Source: Azolla caroliniana (Eukaryota; Plantae; Polypodiophyta). Taken from it: 64,000 bases of DNA. This document shows positions 35,737-49,700 of this stretch, piece after piece. Both the position numbers and the translations under genes were made by a program. Positions within the stretch are counted from its first letter, which is position 1; each line of letters starts with the position of its first letter. The notes under the pieces were generated by a model, which made no database searches, was not told the origin of the DNA, and saw only the letters and a list, made by a program, of their open reading frames with translations. The stretch lies in contig JBHGNT010000020.1 in the NCBI GenBank assembly GCA_043228905.1, positions 14,446,001 to 14,510,000 of the forward strand. Reading direction: 5' to 3'.

Positions 35737-38700
35737 TGTTAAAATGACTTGAATTAATTGGTGTGGTTTATGGAAAGCCATATCTCTCATCTGCATGATC
35801 TACACAAAGCATGATGACTAATTGCAAAGTCATCACACTTGGTGAATATATGAAGGCCATGGGCATCATTACTATAAAAAGTCGGTGAAGTGAAGGCTAT
35901 AAAAAGGCAGCTTTAGTCGTTTGAAGGGGCATAAAAAATAGAAGACCACCAAGAGTTGTAGGCTTGTGAGTTGTGAGAGAATTAGAAAGTTTGGGAAACA
36001 GTAGCAGGAGAAAATTCTTGTGAGAGAATTGTGAGGTTATTCTCTTGGGTGTTAGGTTTAATTAGAGAATATTTTCTCTAATTGTTGTAAACTCTGTTAT
36101 ATTTTCTTATAGTGGAATCTCTCTCTTGTCCGTGGACATAGGCTAATTTGGCCGAACCACGTAAATACTTGTGTCATTTATTTCTCCACTCCTATATTAT
36201 CATATTATTGTCATCTATTTAAACTGATGTACTATTTGATCCGAGTGCCACCCTAACAAACTGGTATCAGAGCACTGGTTGTTAGTACATTAGTTTTGGC
36301 ATTATCTTGTTAAGTGAAGATATCGACGACAAAATTTGATGTCGAGAAGTTTCATCGAAAAATCAACTTCTCTCTTTGGCAAGTAAGGCTACGCGCAATC
36401 CTTGTGCAAAACAGAGTTCAGAAGGCTTTAGGTGTAAGGCCTGACGATATGACAGACACCAGGTGGGAGGAGATAGATGAGAAGGTCCGCTCAGCGATTC
36501 AACTGTCTTTGCCAAATGAAGTTTTGCGGGAGGTAATCTTTGAGATGACAGCGAAGGCACTATGGGAAAATTTGGAGTCTCTCTATCTGAAAAAGACTCT
36601 GACGAACAAGCTTTATAAGAAACAATGCTTGTATTCACTACGGATGAGTGAAGGTACATCTCTCAGTTCTCATATTGATGAGTTTGAATCTATTATCATG
36701 GATTTGCAAAATCTCGATGTTATCATTGATGATGAAGATAAGGCATTGTTGTTGTTGTGTTCGTTACCCCATTCATATAGACATTTTAGAGAAACTATGT
36801 TGTACGGGAAGGATACTATTTCTCTAAAAGATTGATCATGATATCATTGGACAAACAAGTAATAATCAGGCACAGGATTTATATGTAAGGGGTAGATCTA
36901 AACAAAAAGGGAACAATAGAGATAGGCCTAAATCTAGATCTAAATCCAGAAATAGATCTGTTGTGTGTTGGCACTGTAAGGAACCAGGGCACGTTCGCAA
37001 GAATTGTGATAAGTTGTAGAGGAAAAAGAATACTCCACAAGATAGAAATGAGGATGCAGGTAGGGCTTACCGGTCCTTACTGCTTACCGGCTCGGTTGCT
37101 CACCGGCATACCAATTCATCTCGCTTACCGGCTCAGGCTTATTCAGCCGATCTGGCTCCGGTTGAGCTTGCCGCTCAACACTCCCCCTCAAGCTCAACCT
37201 GAGGTAGGGTTGTAGTGTCAACCTCTGTGGCAGCCGGTTCTTCCAACCGACTTCTCTTGGCGTCGCTTCGCCTTGCTCGCGCTCCTTGTCCGGTCCGGTC
37301 CCGTTTGCCGCAACCCCTTTGGTTTTGCGCGCCTCGACCTTCGGCATGTCTGCTCAATAGGCCCATCTCAGCTCCTTCACTGCTATGACTCCGGCGCTTG
37401 CCGATCCGTCGGTTCCTCCACGATGGCATCGACTTCCGCTGCATCTGTGTCTCCTTGGCCTCTCGTTGATCCAACTCATCCGGATCCGTCTATTGATTCG
37501 AATCGGTTGTCTCCGACTCGTTCCAGCTCGTGTTCGAATCGGTATCCTCCGATTCGATTTTCGGCTTCAGGCCTCTCACCACATCGGACCACGTCCGGGT
37601 CTTGACCTTCCCCGTGCTTCCCTTGGCTACTTCAACCAGTTCACCGAAGTCGAATTCTTCATTCGACTCCGCATCATGGCCATTACAATTGTGATGACCT
37701 CCGCATAGCATGCACTTCTCTTCCTAAGTGTACACTTCTTCTTCACAGCCGCTCACTCCGACCTGTTCGGATGTGCCGACTTCCTTCGTCGACTCGGCTT
37801 CATTTTTCTTCTTGTCTCCACCTCTACCAGTTCTTCTCTTACCTACAGGTTCAACAGTTTTTTTGCCTTTGCGCGTTTCGGTAGTGTCTTTGCCCTTGCG
37901 TCTCCCCCTCAAGTGCGGCACGTCGAGATGCTGAACACCAAGCATTTCGGAAAAGTGCTGCAACTTGTCCGACCCGAGCGGTTTGGTGAAGATGTCGGCA
38001 ACTTGCCGATCCGTGTGAACATACCGTAGTTCAACTTCACCGCTCAAGACCCGCTCACGCACGAAGTGATAATGCACTTCTATGTGCTTTGTGCGAGCAT
38101 AGAACACAGGGTTCTTGGCGAGCTGCATGCTACTGAGGTTATCGCAGTAGATCAGGATCGAGGTCGGTACCTCGATCCGCAGGTCTTGCAGTAGTCGCCG
38201 AAGCCAAATGGCTTCGCAAGTGGCAATGGTTGCTCCTCGGTATTCAACCTCAGTGCTGGATAGAGCCAATGTTGGCTGCTTTTTGTTACTCCACGCAACA
38301 GCCGCGCTCCCAAGAGAAAACATAAAGCCGGAAGTTGAGCGACGATCCGTTGCATCGCCAGCCCAGTCGGCATCCGTGTAGCCGGCAAGCTCTTCGGTTA
38401 TACCTTGCCGGTATAAGAGCCCCCGGTCCTTAGTGTCGCTTACATACCTCAGTATTCGTTGCACGCACTGAAGGTGCTCCACGGTCGGCTTCTGCATGAA
38501 TTGGCTTACCCCTCTGACCGGATAGCTAATGTCGGGTCGGGTGATGGTCAAGTAAATCAGGCTTCCAACTATTTGTCGGAACCTTTTCTCATTGCAGGCT
38601 GGTCCGGAGTTGGGGCGGATCTTCTGATTCCGATCGAGGGGTGTGGAGACAGGTCGACATTCCGTCATGTCGAACTTGTACAGTATATTCAACACATGAT

Positions 38701-41700
38701 GGCGTTGAGAAAGCCATATGCCATCAGGGGTGCGGATCACCTCGATCCCCAAAAAATAATGAAGGTCCCCCAAGTCCTTCATATCGAATGTGTTCGACAA
38801 CTGGGACTTAACGTGGTTGATTTCCAGAAGACCTGGGCCGGTGATGACTAAATCATCAACATAGAGTAAGATACATACCGGACCATTTGAGCCTTGACAG
38901 ATGAACAGGGAAGAGTCCTACTTAGAGGCAACAAACCCCATCTTTCGCAACCGGTGCATGATCTTAGCATTCCAAGCACGGGGGGCTTGCTTCAAGCCGT
39001 ACAACGACTTCCTCAGCCGGCATACCGCTGACTTGTTCACCTCCGACTAAAATCCGGGGGGCTGAGTCATAATGACTTCTTCTTCAAGATCTCCGTGAAG
39101 GAAAGCATTCTTCACATCCATCTGATGAAGATGCCACCCCCTTGCCGCAGCAACCGTCGCCATCTTCGCTACAGGAGCGAAGGTCTCGTCGTAGTCGATT
39201 CCGTGGGTTTGCGCATATCCCTTCACCACTAACCAGGCCTTGTACCGGTTAACTGTACCGTCGGCATTGTACTTTACCTTGTACACCCACTTGCATCCGA
39301 TCGGTTTACAATGACGGGGAGGGTCAACCAGGTCCCAAGTTCCGTTGGCATCTAGTGCCCGCATTTCTTCCTCCATAGCGGCACGCCAATTTGCGTCCTT
39401 TACCACTTCTACGTAGCTCTCCGGCTCACGCACTTCCGCGACCTTGGTCATGTACGCATAATGATGCGCCATGTACTCGTTATACCTGTACCGTTTAACG
39501 GGATCCTTCTGGCGGGTGGACCGGCGCAACTCACCGTTACCCGGTATGAGACCCTTCTTGGCCGGTTCAGTCTTCGTTCCTGAAGATTTGCCTATGTCCT
39601 TGCCGAAGTCAGATACGCACCGATCCGACTCATCATTGCCGCTCTCGAATTCCGGCATCTTGTGCTTCCCTTTCTCTTTGCGTGTGAACCGTCTCCTCGG
39701 TTCCTTGCGCGGGGAGAGCACGACAGAGTCTCCACTACTCGCCCGTCTCATTATCCGACTGGTTGGACTGATCCAGTCTCTCATTCGGTCCGCTTAACCG
39801 GAATGATTCCGGACTCTCATCTTGAGTCCCGACTTCATCTCCCTCTATCTGGGCCGGTTCAGGCTCACTAGCCCCATCCTCCGACATCGGGTCGGGATCG
39901 GAAGTCGGAGTTGGTAAGGAATACCACAATGTCGATTCATCAAACTCGACATCTCGGCTGACTCAGACCAGTGTTGCTTTCCGAGTTGGCAGGCTACACA
40001 AATCTGGGCTCTCCGGCCGCTAAACTTTGGCAAACCGAAAATGACTTGTTCCGTTTGCAGGTCTTGAAGCCTCCGGTAGTTGACGTGGCCGATCCTCTTG
40101 TGCCATAGGTCGATATCCGACCCAACCTTCTGTCCTTTGGCAAACGGTGTGGTGCCGACATCATTGGTGTTGAGGATAAACATCCTCCCATCTCTGCGCC
40201 CTTGCGCAATAACTTCGCCCTCATCCTCAATGAAGCACCCGAGGTGCGTAAACCGCACCTGCATCCCCTGGTCGACGATCTATCCGACTGACACTAGGTT
40301 CTTCGTGATCGTCGGAACATGTAATACATTCATTAGCTTCCCCCTCTATCCGACATGGCTCAAAGGGACTTCTCCGACGTGCACGATCGGGTGGGGAGTG
40401 TCGTCTCCGGTTTCGACAACTCCCGGTTGATCCGGCTTCTCCAAAAAGGAGAACCACTCCTCGTGGCTCGTCATGTGGTTCGATGCGCCGGAGACAACGT
40501 ACCACACTTTCTCCGATTTGAAAGTGGTCTTCTTCATTGAGTTTGCCTTGTGCTTCATCACCAAGGCTGGCCCCTTACCATTCTTGGATCCTCCCGATCC
40601 GTTTGCGTAGTGCGAGCTTTGCCGGCCTTCCTTACCGGTCTTGCCGGATCCGGATTTGTCCGAATCGGCATGCTTTCTCCAGCACTCGCTTTCCCTATGG
40701 CCCTTTTTGCCACAATACCAGCATTCTGTAGCAGATTTGTCTTGTCAGCCTCTGGCACCACCTTGACTCCCTCTGCTTGTGGAAGTCCCGGAACTGTTAT
40801 CGGCACGATCATTGTGCCTTCGTTCCTGCTCTTGCCGGCCGCCTCCATTGCGTGCCAACCTGCCCCGTCCACCACGCCCGCGGGACCGATCCGCTCGCGT
40901 GTACAGCATTTGGCTGTCTGGGGATGCACTGGTAGATGCACCGGCGTGGTTCTGCTCTACAAGGAGCATCGACTGTAAGTCGGAAAATGAGGGTGTATTC
41001 TCCCTTGTACAAACCGCAGTCCGGAAAGCTCCGAACTTGGACGCCAGGCCTCCAAGATAGACCTGCACCATCTCGTCTTCCTCTACGGTGACGTTAATAG
41101 AGACAAGCGAGTCACAAATCCCTTTGATCCGGGCTGTGTAATCTACCACCGACATGTTCTTCTGTCGAACATTGCTCAACTCCTGTCTGAGTTGCAGCTT
41201 TCGGGCAGTGGTGCTTGCGGCGAAAACCTTTTTCAAGTTTCCCCAAGCATCCTTCAGTGTCTTGGCATCACGGATATGGTTGAGCAACTGGTCACCGACA
41301 CTGGACGCGAAGCAGTACATCACCCTGCTTGCCGCTTGTTCCCACACTGGGAAGTCGTTCTGTGTCGTCTCCGGTGCTGAGTCGTTCACTCCGTCGACAT
41401 AACTCCAGTAGCCATGCCCAAGCAGATACTGGTGCATCTTGTATGACCAAGATGCGTAGTTCGTTCTATCGAGCTTCTCCACCGGGAGCGACGTAGCCAT
41501 ACCTCTGTCCATTTCTCCTTTTGTGTCTGTTTTCCGATCTGTTAGGGTTTTCTTCACAAGCGTAGATGTCTGCAGCAGAGGTTCTCAACCCACACGCTCT
41601 GATACCATGTGAAAGATTGCTTGCGGAAGCGTTAGAAAGAACAATACACAAAGAGAGGGAGAGAGTACGTGGGAGAAATAGAGAGAGAGAGAGAGAGCAG

Positions 41701-44400
41701 GACACACTATTTTTCATAATTATATAAATACTCTTGCTCTCTGTGTGTTTATAAAATGCGCTCATCAGCGCTATTTATACAAGTCCACACGGGACTGTTA
41801 GAAGTACGGTGTACTTCAATACTCACACGAGCATCTGACACTAACTACGAGACTATAAAGGCCTAGTAGTCTAACCTATACTAGGCTTCCGGTTACGGAT
41901 TGGATCCGAAATACCGGCTCCCCAGCTCATCGGTCCTTACTGCTTATCGGCTCGGTTGCTCACCGGCATACCGATTCATCTCGCTTACCGGCTCAGGCTT
42001 ATTTGGCCGATCCGGCTCCGGTTGAGCTTGCCGCTCAACATGGATTTTTGTAAGCATTGTACTGTGTATTCGGAAAGTAGAAGAGACTCAGCTTTGGCAC
42101 TGGAATCCATAAGACTAGAGGTTCTTTGGATTATATTCATTCTGATTTGTGGGGACCAACACCAGTTCCATCAAAAGGAGAAGCTCGATATCTTTTAACT
42201 TTTATTGATGATTTTTCAAGAAAAGTTTGGGTTTATTTTCTTAAACACAGAAGTGATGTGTTTGAGACTTTCAAGAAGTGGAAAATTCTGATCGAGAAGC
42301 ATATTAGAAGATTTCGAACTGATAATGGTTTGGAATTTTGCATATGAGATTTTAACAGGTTTTGCAAGGCTGAAGGAATTTTCAGACATTGCACAGTAGT
42401 TAAAACACTGCAACAGAATGGCGAAGCTGAGCACATGAACAGAACTCTTTTGGAGAGGGCTCGTTGTATTCTTTCCAATGCTGGGTTGTCCAAAGACTTT
42501 TGGGCTGAAGCAGTTTCCACAGCATGTTTCCTGGTGAATCGTTCACCGTCAACGGCGATTGAGTTCAAAAATCCTTGAAGAGGTATGGTCCGGTAAACTT
42601 GTTGATTATTCAAATTTGAGAATATTTGGATATCCTGCTTATATGCAAGTTAGTGAAATAAAATTGGAGCCTCGAGCTAGAAAATGTATTTTTCTTGGTT
42701 ATGCTTATGGGGTGAAAGGATATAGGTTGTGGTGTCCTGATCCTAAGTCACCTAAATTTGCAATTAGTAGAGATGTTACTGTTGATGAATCTGCTCTACT
42801 GAATCCTAGAAAGGAGCCTGTGGTTTCTTCTGATACATATGAGATAGGAAGTATATCGAAGCAGGTGGAGCTTGAAGTTTCAAGTCCACCAATGATGGTT
42901 GAAACACTTGCTCCTGAACCTGTAGAAGAGGAGCTTGATGTCGTAGAAGAAGCACCTCCTCAGGAAGAATGAAGTATTACAAGAGATAGACCAAGAAGAG
43001 AAATTAGACCACCATAGAGATATGTTGATTTTGTTGCATATGCTTTATCAGTTGGAGAAGAAACAAATTCTATTGGCGAGCCAACTTCTTACTTTGAAGC
43101 CGTTTCCTTTGTTGATTCCACCATGTGGTTGATTTCTATGCAAGAAGAAATTGAGTCTCTTTATAAAAACGAAACTTGGGTACTTGTGAAGCCGCCAGCT
43201 AGACAAAGGATTGTTGGCTATAAATGGGTCTTCAACATAAAGGAAGGAATTCCTGGAGTGGAGAAAGCAAGGTACAAGGCACGGTTAGTAGCTAAAGGCT
43301 ACAGTCAAGTACCAGGTGTTGATTTTAATGATATTTTCTCACCTGTTGTGAAACATAGTTCTATTCGTGTCTTGCTTGCATTAGTTGTTATGCATGATTT
43401 GGAGTTAGAACAACTTGATGTAAAAACCGCATTTCTCCATGGTGAACTTGACAAAGATATTTACATGCAACAACCAGAAGGGTTTGTTGTTGAAGGAAAA
43501 GAAGATCATGTTTGCTTGTTGAAGAAATCGTTGTATGGTTTAAAACAGTCTTCATGACAGTGGTACAAGCAATTTGATTCCTTTATGGTTGGCAACGGAT
43601 ACTCAAGAAGCAGTTATGATAGTTGTGTTTATTTCAGGAAGACTCATGATGGTTCATTTATCTATTTGCTTCTTTATGTTGATGACATGTTGATTGCAGC
43701 TAAAAATATGTCGGATATTGAAGAATTAAAGAAGCAGTTGAAAAGAGTGTTCGAGATGAAGGATCTTGGTGCAGCAAAAAAGATCCTTGGCATGGAAATC
43801 GAAAGAGATCGTAATGGTGGACAACTGTATTTAACTCAGAAGAGTTATATGGAGAAAGTGTTGGAGAGGTTTGGTATGAAAAATGCTAAAACAGTATCGA
43901 CTCCGTTTGCAACGCATTTTAAGTTATCATCTTCTTTATCACCAAAGTCAGATAATAAAAAAAAGATACATGGCAAGAGTTCCCTACTCCAGTGCAGTTG
44001 GTAGCATGATGTATGCTATGATTTGTACGCGTCCAGATGTTTCATATGTTGTGAGTGTTGTCAACATATATATGGCTTGTCCTCGAAAATCACACTGGAA
44101 TGCAGTGAAATGGATTTTAAGATATTTGCATAGGACTTCAGATGCTTGTCTGGAGTTTGGCAGGAGTAGCAGTTCTCTAGTTGGCTATGTTGACTCTAAC
44201 TACGTTGGTGATCTTGATAAAAGAAGATCATTGTTAGGGTATGTATTCACTCTAGGTGGAAGTGCAGTTAGTTGGAAAGCTTCGTTGCAGCCCGTGGTTG
44301 CGTTATCAACGATAGAGGCAAAGTACATTGCAGTGACAGCGGTGATTAAAGAAGGGATATGGTTAAGGGGCTTGCTTGGTGGGAAACTCAGTTTTCAGTA
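35737..44400 (+). mobile_element. Ty1/copia element A (Tnt1/Tork-like), decayed, 3'-truncated, interrupted by copia B
   Basis: LTR 35737-36258 (TGTTA...TAACA); PBS TGGTATCAGAGC at 36262. Gag KFDVEKF..NFSLWQ; CWHCKEPGH; INT DYIHSDLWG...RTDNG; RT LDVKTAFLHG, LYVDDM; RH GYVDS. Confidence 0.93.
37070..42040 (-). mobile_element. Ty1/copia element B nested in A; integrase core and most of the 3' LTR deleted
   Basis: 5' LTR 41608-42040; PBS (reverse complement GCTCTGATACCA) at 41596-41607; 3' LTR remnant 37070-37180 with PPT at 37181-37188. Gag EKLDRTNYASW; [12 protein letters not shown]; RH GYTDADWAG, YCDN, ADIFTK. Confidence 0.93.
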
Positions 44401-44571
44401 GAGAAAATTGGGTTCCACTACGGCAATGGAAGGATGATGTGATGTTTCTAGCCATCTTAGGGCAAAAATGTTTCGTATCTTACAAAGTCAATTCAAAATA
44501 ACGTCCTATAATAATATTTGATTAAATCTTATCTGCTATAGTGGGTTAGAATAATTGACTCTATTCCCAAT

Positions 44572-45472
44572 CAAAGTCAATTCAAAATTAGGTTTTACCA
44601 TAAATACCTTATTAAATATTGTATGTTATCGTGGTTTAGAATTATTCACTCTATTCCCAATCATCGATGTGGCTTTGAATTTGATAAAAAATTCTTCTTC
44701 TATAACATAAAGCTTTAATTTATTGCCGATTGAACTCATTTTCACTCGTATGAAAGTACGAGGTATATTGTTTAATTAAAGTAACGACATTTCTCGATAA
44801 TTCGTTCAAGGGGATAAAATCACATTTCACTTAAAAAGAAGCATACTTGAAGCTCTATTTTAAGAGAACCAAGAATCACGAAGGCAACACTAGGATATCA
44901 TGTGTCATCTTGCGTTTCCACAATTTATGGTTAGTTGAAATTTTATTTTATTTTAGAGAAACGTCCTTCAACTTTGTCAAGTCCATTGCAGTCTAGTTGG
45001 TTAGGATACTCGGCTTTCACCTGAGCGACCCGAGTTCTAGTCTCGGCAATGGAAACATCAATGAAGTCTAGTTCAAATTACATCTTAATTGACAAATGCA
45101 AGACATAAAACCTTGTGGTGACATAATCTACATGTATTGGGTTACAATGGTGGCATCTAGTTCTAAATATCTTGAATTTAAAAGTAATTGGGTTACAATG
45201 GTGGCATCTAGTTCTAAATATCCGTAAGTATTGAATTTAAAAGTATAATACATGTTCAAAAACCTAAAGCGTATCATGTGTCTTGCGCATTCAAAATTTG
45301 GTCTTACCATAAATATCTTATTAAATCTTGTATGTTATAGTGGGTTACAATTATTCACTCTATTCCCAATCATCAATGGGTCTTTGAATTTGATAAAAAA
45401 TTCATCTTCTATAACATAAAGCTTAAAATAATTGCCGATTGAACTCATTTTCACTCGTATGAAAGGTACGAG
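44572..45472. repeat. ~185-bp direct repeats (44572-44762 and 45290-45472) flanking the tRNA gene
   Basis: Shared ...ACCATAAATA.CTTATTAAAT...CTATTCCCAATCATC...TTGCCGATTGAACTCATTTTCACTCGTATGAAAG. Confidence 0.85.
44982..45054 (+). tRNA. trnE: tRNA-Glu (TTC), nuclear type, possibly a pseudogene
   Basis: Acceptor stem TCCATTG/CAATGGA; anticodon arm CTCGG-CTTTCAC-CTGAG; T arm CCGAG-TTCTAGT-CTCGG. Atypical C8 and T57, and no adjacent poly-T terminator. Confidence 0.85.
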
Positions 45473-46747
45473 TGATGGCGGTGGGGATTGAAGCATGTTT
45501 CCATGAAGAGTGGATAAGTGATGATGATGGTGTGACGGCCGAAGCATATCATGAGGAGATGTGGAAATTGTTTACACTTAATTTGTTGTTGTTTTTTACA
45601 GGCCCTTGGTGGTAATCGGTGAGATGTTTGATGCAGACTGTATGAAGCAAGTTTTTTTTCTTTTGAGATAAGGATGAGTGAGAAGCATATTTTCTTGAGG
45701 AACCGCTGTTTGAGGTGGTTGATTGTTTGTTTTTCATTACGATGAGTGATGGGAGTGTGGGAATTGAAGCATATTTTCATGAGAGGAGTGATGATGGTGT
45801 GGGAGCTGAAGCTTATTTTTATGAGTACGTTAGAAACTGTTTTTAAACTTAATGGCGAGATGGTCGGCGAGATGGTTGATGTGGATTGAATGAAGCCAGT
45901 TAAGGAGGACTCAAGATGGGGTGTGGGATGAGGTTACTATAATATGATTTTGTTTTCATAGGTACATCGTTTGGGAGAGCGAAAATGAAAAAACAAAATA
46001 CAAATAGAAAGGCTTTCTTTCTCAAAGAATCTTGCTCGTAAAAAAATGACTGATACGAGGAATCATTCAGTAATCGTTCAAATCTTTACCATTGAGATAG
46101 ATAGAATCAACCACAAATCGGGTCAATTTCTCTCTATATCCCACCTTTCTTCATGTTTTCTTCTTAGAATGGATCTTCTGTATCAATAGTTTCTTTCCAA
46201 AACAAGGGTGTAATAATCTTCCCCTGACAACTGCATCACTAAGCCATGGTTGTCCGATAGTTATTTCGGATCCGCAACAAACGAGTAAAATGCGATTTAT
46301 CGATGCTTTGACGTTGACATTGGATCCTGATACGTTTCGGAGTGATGCGAAATGACGAATGTCATAAAATCTCCCCGGTTCCACTCGGAATTGTTCCCCA
46401 CCGATTCCGATTATTGCATATCTATTCATCACGATTTCTATTTATGGACTAGGGAGGGTTTCTATATATAGATATTGTGTTGTTGATTAGGATGAGTAAT
46501 AATGACGGTAGAGATTGAAGCATATTGCTATGATGAGAGGATGAGTGATGATGGTGTGGAGGCCGAAGCAGTTCATGAAAGGAGGAAATATTCTAAACTC
46601 ATTTTGTTTGTTATTTGTACAGGAATTGGGTTGTAATCAGCAAGATGGTTGATGTGGACTAAATGAAGAAATTTTTTCTATGATAAGGATGAGTGAAGAT
46701 GGTGGGGGGGTTGAAGCCTACTAGCATGAGTAGGTGAGGAAACTTTT
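45470..46747. repeat. Degenerate repeats (GATGAGTGATGATGGTGTGG...GAAGCATAT), continuing at 52222-52470 beyond copia C
   Basis: The motif recurs at ~45472, 45515, 45742, 45787, 46540, 46688 and 52385. Confidence 0.7.
46067..46429 (-). pseudogene. rpl21: Plastid-derived rpl21 (nuclear plastid insertion), unedited genomic form
   Basis: MNRYAIIGIGGEQFRVEPGRFYDIRH...IGQPWL..AVVRG...KKKT*RKVGYREKLTRFVVDSI; 121 codons with an internal TGA at 46151-46153. Confidence 0.9.
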
Positions 46748-49700
46748 TGTTAGGAAATGGACGCTTTCAAAACCTTCACCTCTCGGCCACAACTGAGGAA
46801 ACACGAATCAATGCAGAAGTAAATCAAAAAACACAGAGAGAGACTCGAATGCACAGGGTTTGGCGTGGAAAACCCTAGACGGGAAAAACCACGGGAGTGC
46901 AAGACTCCAACTATCACTATACGCAGGGAATGTACAATGGCGAGCTGCAAGGCGACGACCTTGAGCTCGTTGTCCTCGCCACAGGCGGCGGTATTACACA
47001 GAGGCGTCGACCTCTTCCTTTCTCTCTCTCTCTCACTCTCTCTCTCGGCTGCTCTCACTTCGCTCCCTCTAAGTGGAAAACAGAAAAATAAGCAACAACA
47101 ACAAAACTGTTTGCCCTAAGTCATATTTATACACATATGACTTTCGGGCTATTTACAAATATAGCCTAGAGGGCCCTTGGCAAACATATTCACAAATATG
47201 TCCCCGCATCCGGATCTCTCTCCGGGTACATTCGTCATCCGGCTCCGTAGCTGGGGTCTTCATCATCCGGCTCCGAAACCGGGTCTTCGTCATCCGGCTC
47301 CGTAGCCGGGGTCTTCATCATCCGGCTCCGAAACCGGGTCTTCGTCATCCGGCTCCGTAGCCGGGGTCTTCATTCCCGATTCCCGGACATCTGACCATCC
47401 CATCCGGAGGGACCGTAATCCCAACAAACTCCCCCTTCACTTCGGCATGGGATGTCTTTCCAGTCCGACCCTCTTCCGGCACGCTTCCAGCTTGTCGGGT
47501 GTGAGCACTTTGGTCAGCATATCTGACCCGTTCTCGTCCGTGTGGATCTCCGTCAGCAGGAACTCCTGGTCTTCTATCCTTTCCCGGATCCAGTGATATC
47601 TTCGCTGGATGTGCTTCGTCCGTGAGTGATAGGCCGCGTTCTTCGCAAGGTGGATGGCACTCTGACTGTCGCAGTAGAGTCGGTACTCCTCCTGCCGGAT
47701 ACCGAGCTCTCTAATGAAGTCCTTCATCCATATTATTTCCTTGCCGGCTTCAACAGCCGCCATGTACTCCGCCTCCGTGGTTGACAACGCAACCGTCTTC
47801 TGCAGCCTCCACTGCCACGAAACAGCTCCCCCTGCATACGTCATCACATACCCTGATGTGGACCGACTGGTATCTGCATCAGCCAACATATCTGAATCGG
47901 TAAAGCCGTCGAGTTCAGGCTTACCGGAGCCGAATCGGAGGCACACGTTTGCCGTGCCCTTCAGGTATCGGAGTATCCACTTGGCCGCGTTCCAGTGCTC
48001 TTTGCCAGGATTGCTCATGTACCGGCTCACCACTCCGACTGCATATCCTATGTCCGGTCTTGTACACACCATTGCGTACATCAAGCTTCCGACGGCAGAG
48101 GCATATGGTACTTTCATCATGTCCTCCTTCTCAGCCTTTGTCTTGGGGCTTTGCTTGCTGGACAACTTGCAGTTTGCCGGGAGGGTTGACCCGACCGGTC
48201 TTGCTTCCGACATGTTGAACCGGTGAAGCACCTTTGTCATGTACTTCTCTTGTGACAGCCACAACTGCTTCTTCTTCCGGTCCCGGATGATGTGCATCCC
48301 TAGTATTTGCCTCGCCGGACCCAGGTCCTTCATTGAGAAGGTTCGGTGAAGCGCTTTCTTCAGCATCCGTATCTTGACCTGGTCCCGTCCGACGATCAAC
48401 ATGTCGTCCACGTACAGGAGGAGTATTAGAAAGTCTCCTCCTTCGAACTTCTTCACAAACACGCAGTGATCAGACTGCGTTTTGTGATACCCTTCGTCGG
48501 TCATGAAAGAGTCGAACTTCCGGTACCATTGCCGGGGAGCCTGCTTCAGTCCGTAAAGGCTCTTCTTCAACCGGCATACCAGGTGCTCCTTCCCTTTCTT
48601 CTCGAATCCTTCCGGTTGCTGCATGTAGATCTCTTCTTCGAGGTCACCGTGAAGGAATGCCGTCTTCACGTCCATCTGTTCTACCTCGAGGTCCATGCTT
48701 GCCGCTATGCTCAGCACCGTCCGGATGGAGGTCATCTTCACTACCGGGGCAAATATCTCGTCGAAGTCGACGCCCTTCTTCTGCTGGAACCCCTTCACCA
48801 CGATCCTGGCTTTGTATCTCGGGGGGTTTCCGGCATCTCCCGGTTTCAGCTTGAACACCCACTTGTTTCGAAGTGCCCGCTTTCCTTTCGGCAACTCCAC
48901 AAGTTCATATGTGTGGTTCTCATGCAGGGAATCCATCTCCTCCTGCATGGCACTTAACCACCTGCGGCTATGGGTGTCAAGCTTTGCTTCTTCAAAACTC
49001 TCTGGCTCCCCCTCGTCGGTTAGCAGCACGTGCTCTGGTTCCGGAAATCTCCGGGGGGGGGCCCTTCTCTCTCTTAGAGGATATCTCCGTTCCGGAGCTT
49101 CGGTAACCGGCTCCTCCATTTCCTCTTCATCCGAATCCATTTCGGGATCGGGGCCGGTTCCGGTATCAGTTTCATCTTCCTCAGCCGGTTCTGTTTCTTC
49201 ACCGTCTTCGGCCGGATCCTCGAGTGCTAACCGGTCCCTTGCCGGTCGGGACTGCTCCTCGTAGAGTTGATCCTCACCGGTCGACTTGGAGCTCTTCATC
49301 TTCTTCTCCGACTCCCAGTCGGCGAGTGTCTTGTCCTCCATGAAGATGATATCACGACTCCGGAATATATTTTTGTCGACCGGGTCCCATACTCGGTAGC
49401 CGAACTCGTCATCGCCGTAACCGAGGAATATGCATGGCCGGGTCTTTGGATCTAGCTTTCCTCTCCGGTCCTTTGCCACATGCACATATGCGAGACACCC
49501 GAACACCTTCAGATGCCGGTAGGATACTTCCCTACCGGTCCACACTCTCTGCGGCATGTCTCCGTCCAACGGTACTGAGGGTGATCTGTTTATCACGTAT
49601 GTCGTCGTCGACATTGCCTCAGCCCAAAACCCCTTGGGTAGTTTCGCATGCGCCAGCATACTCCGGACCCTCTCCATTATGGTCCGGTTCATCCTCTCGG

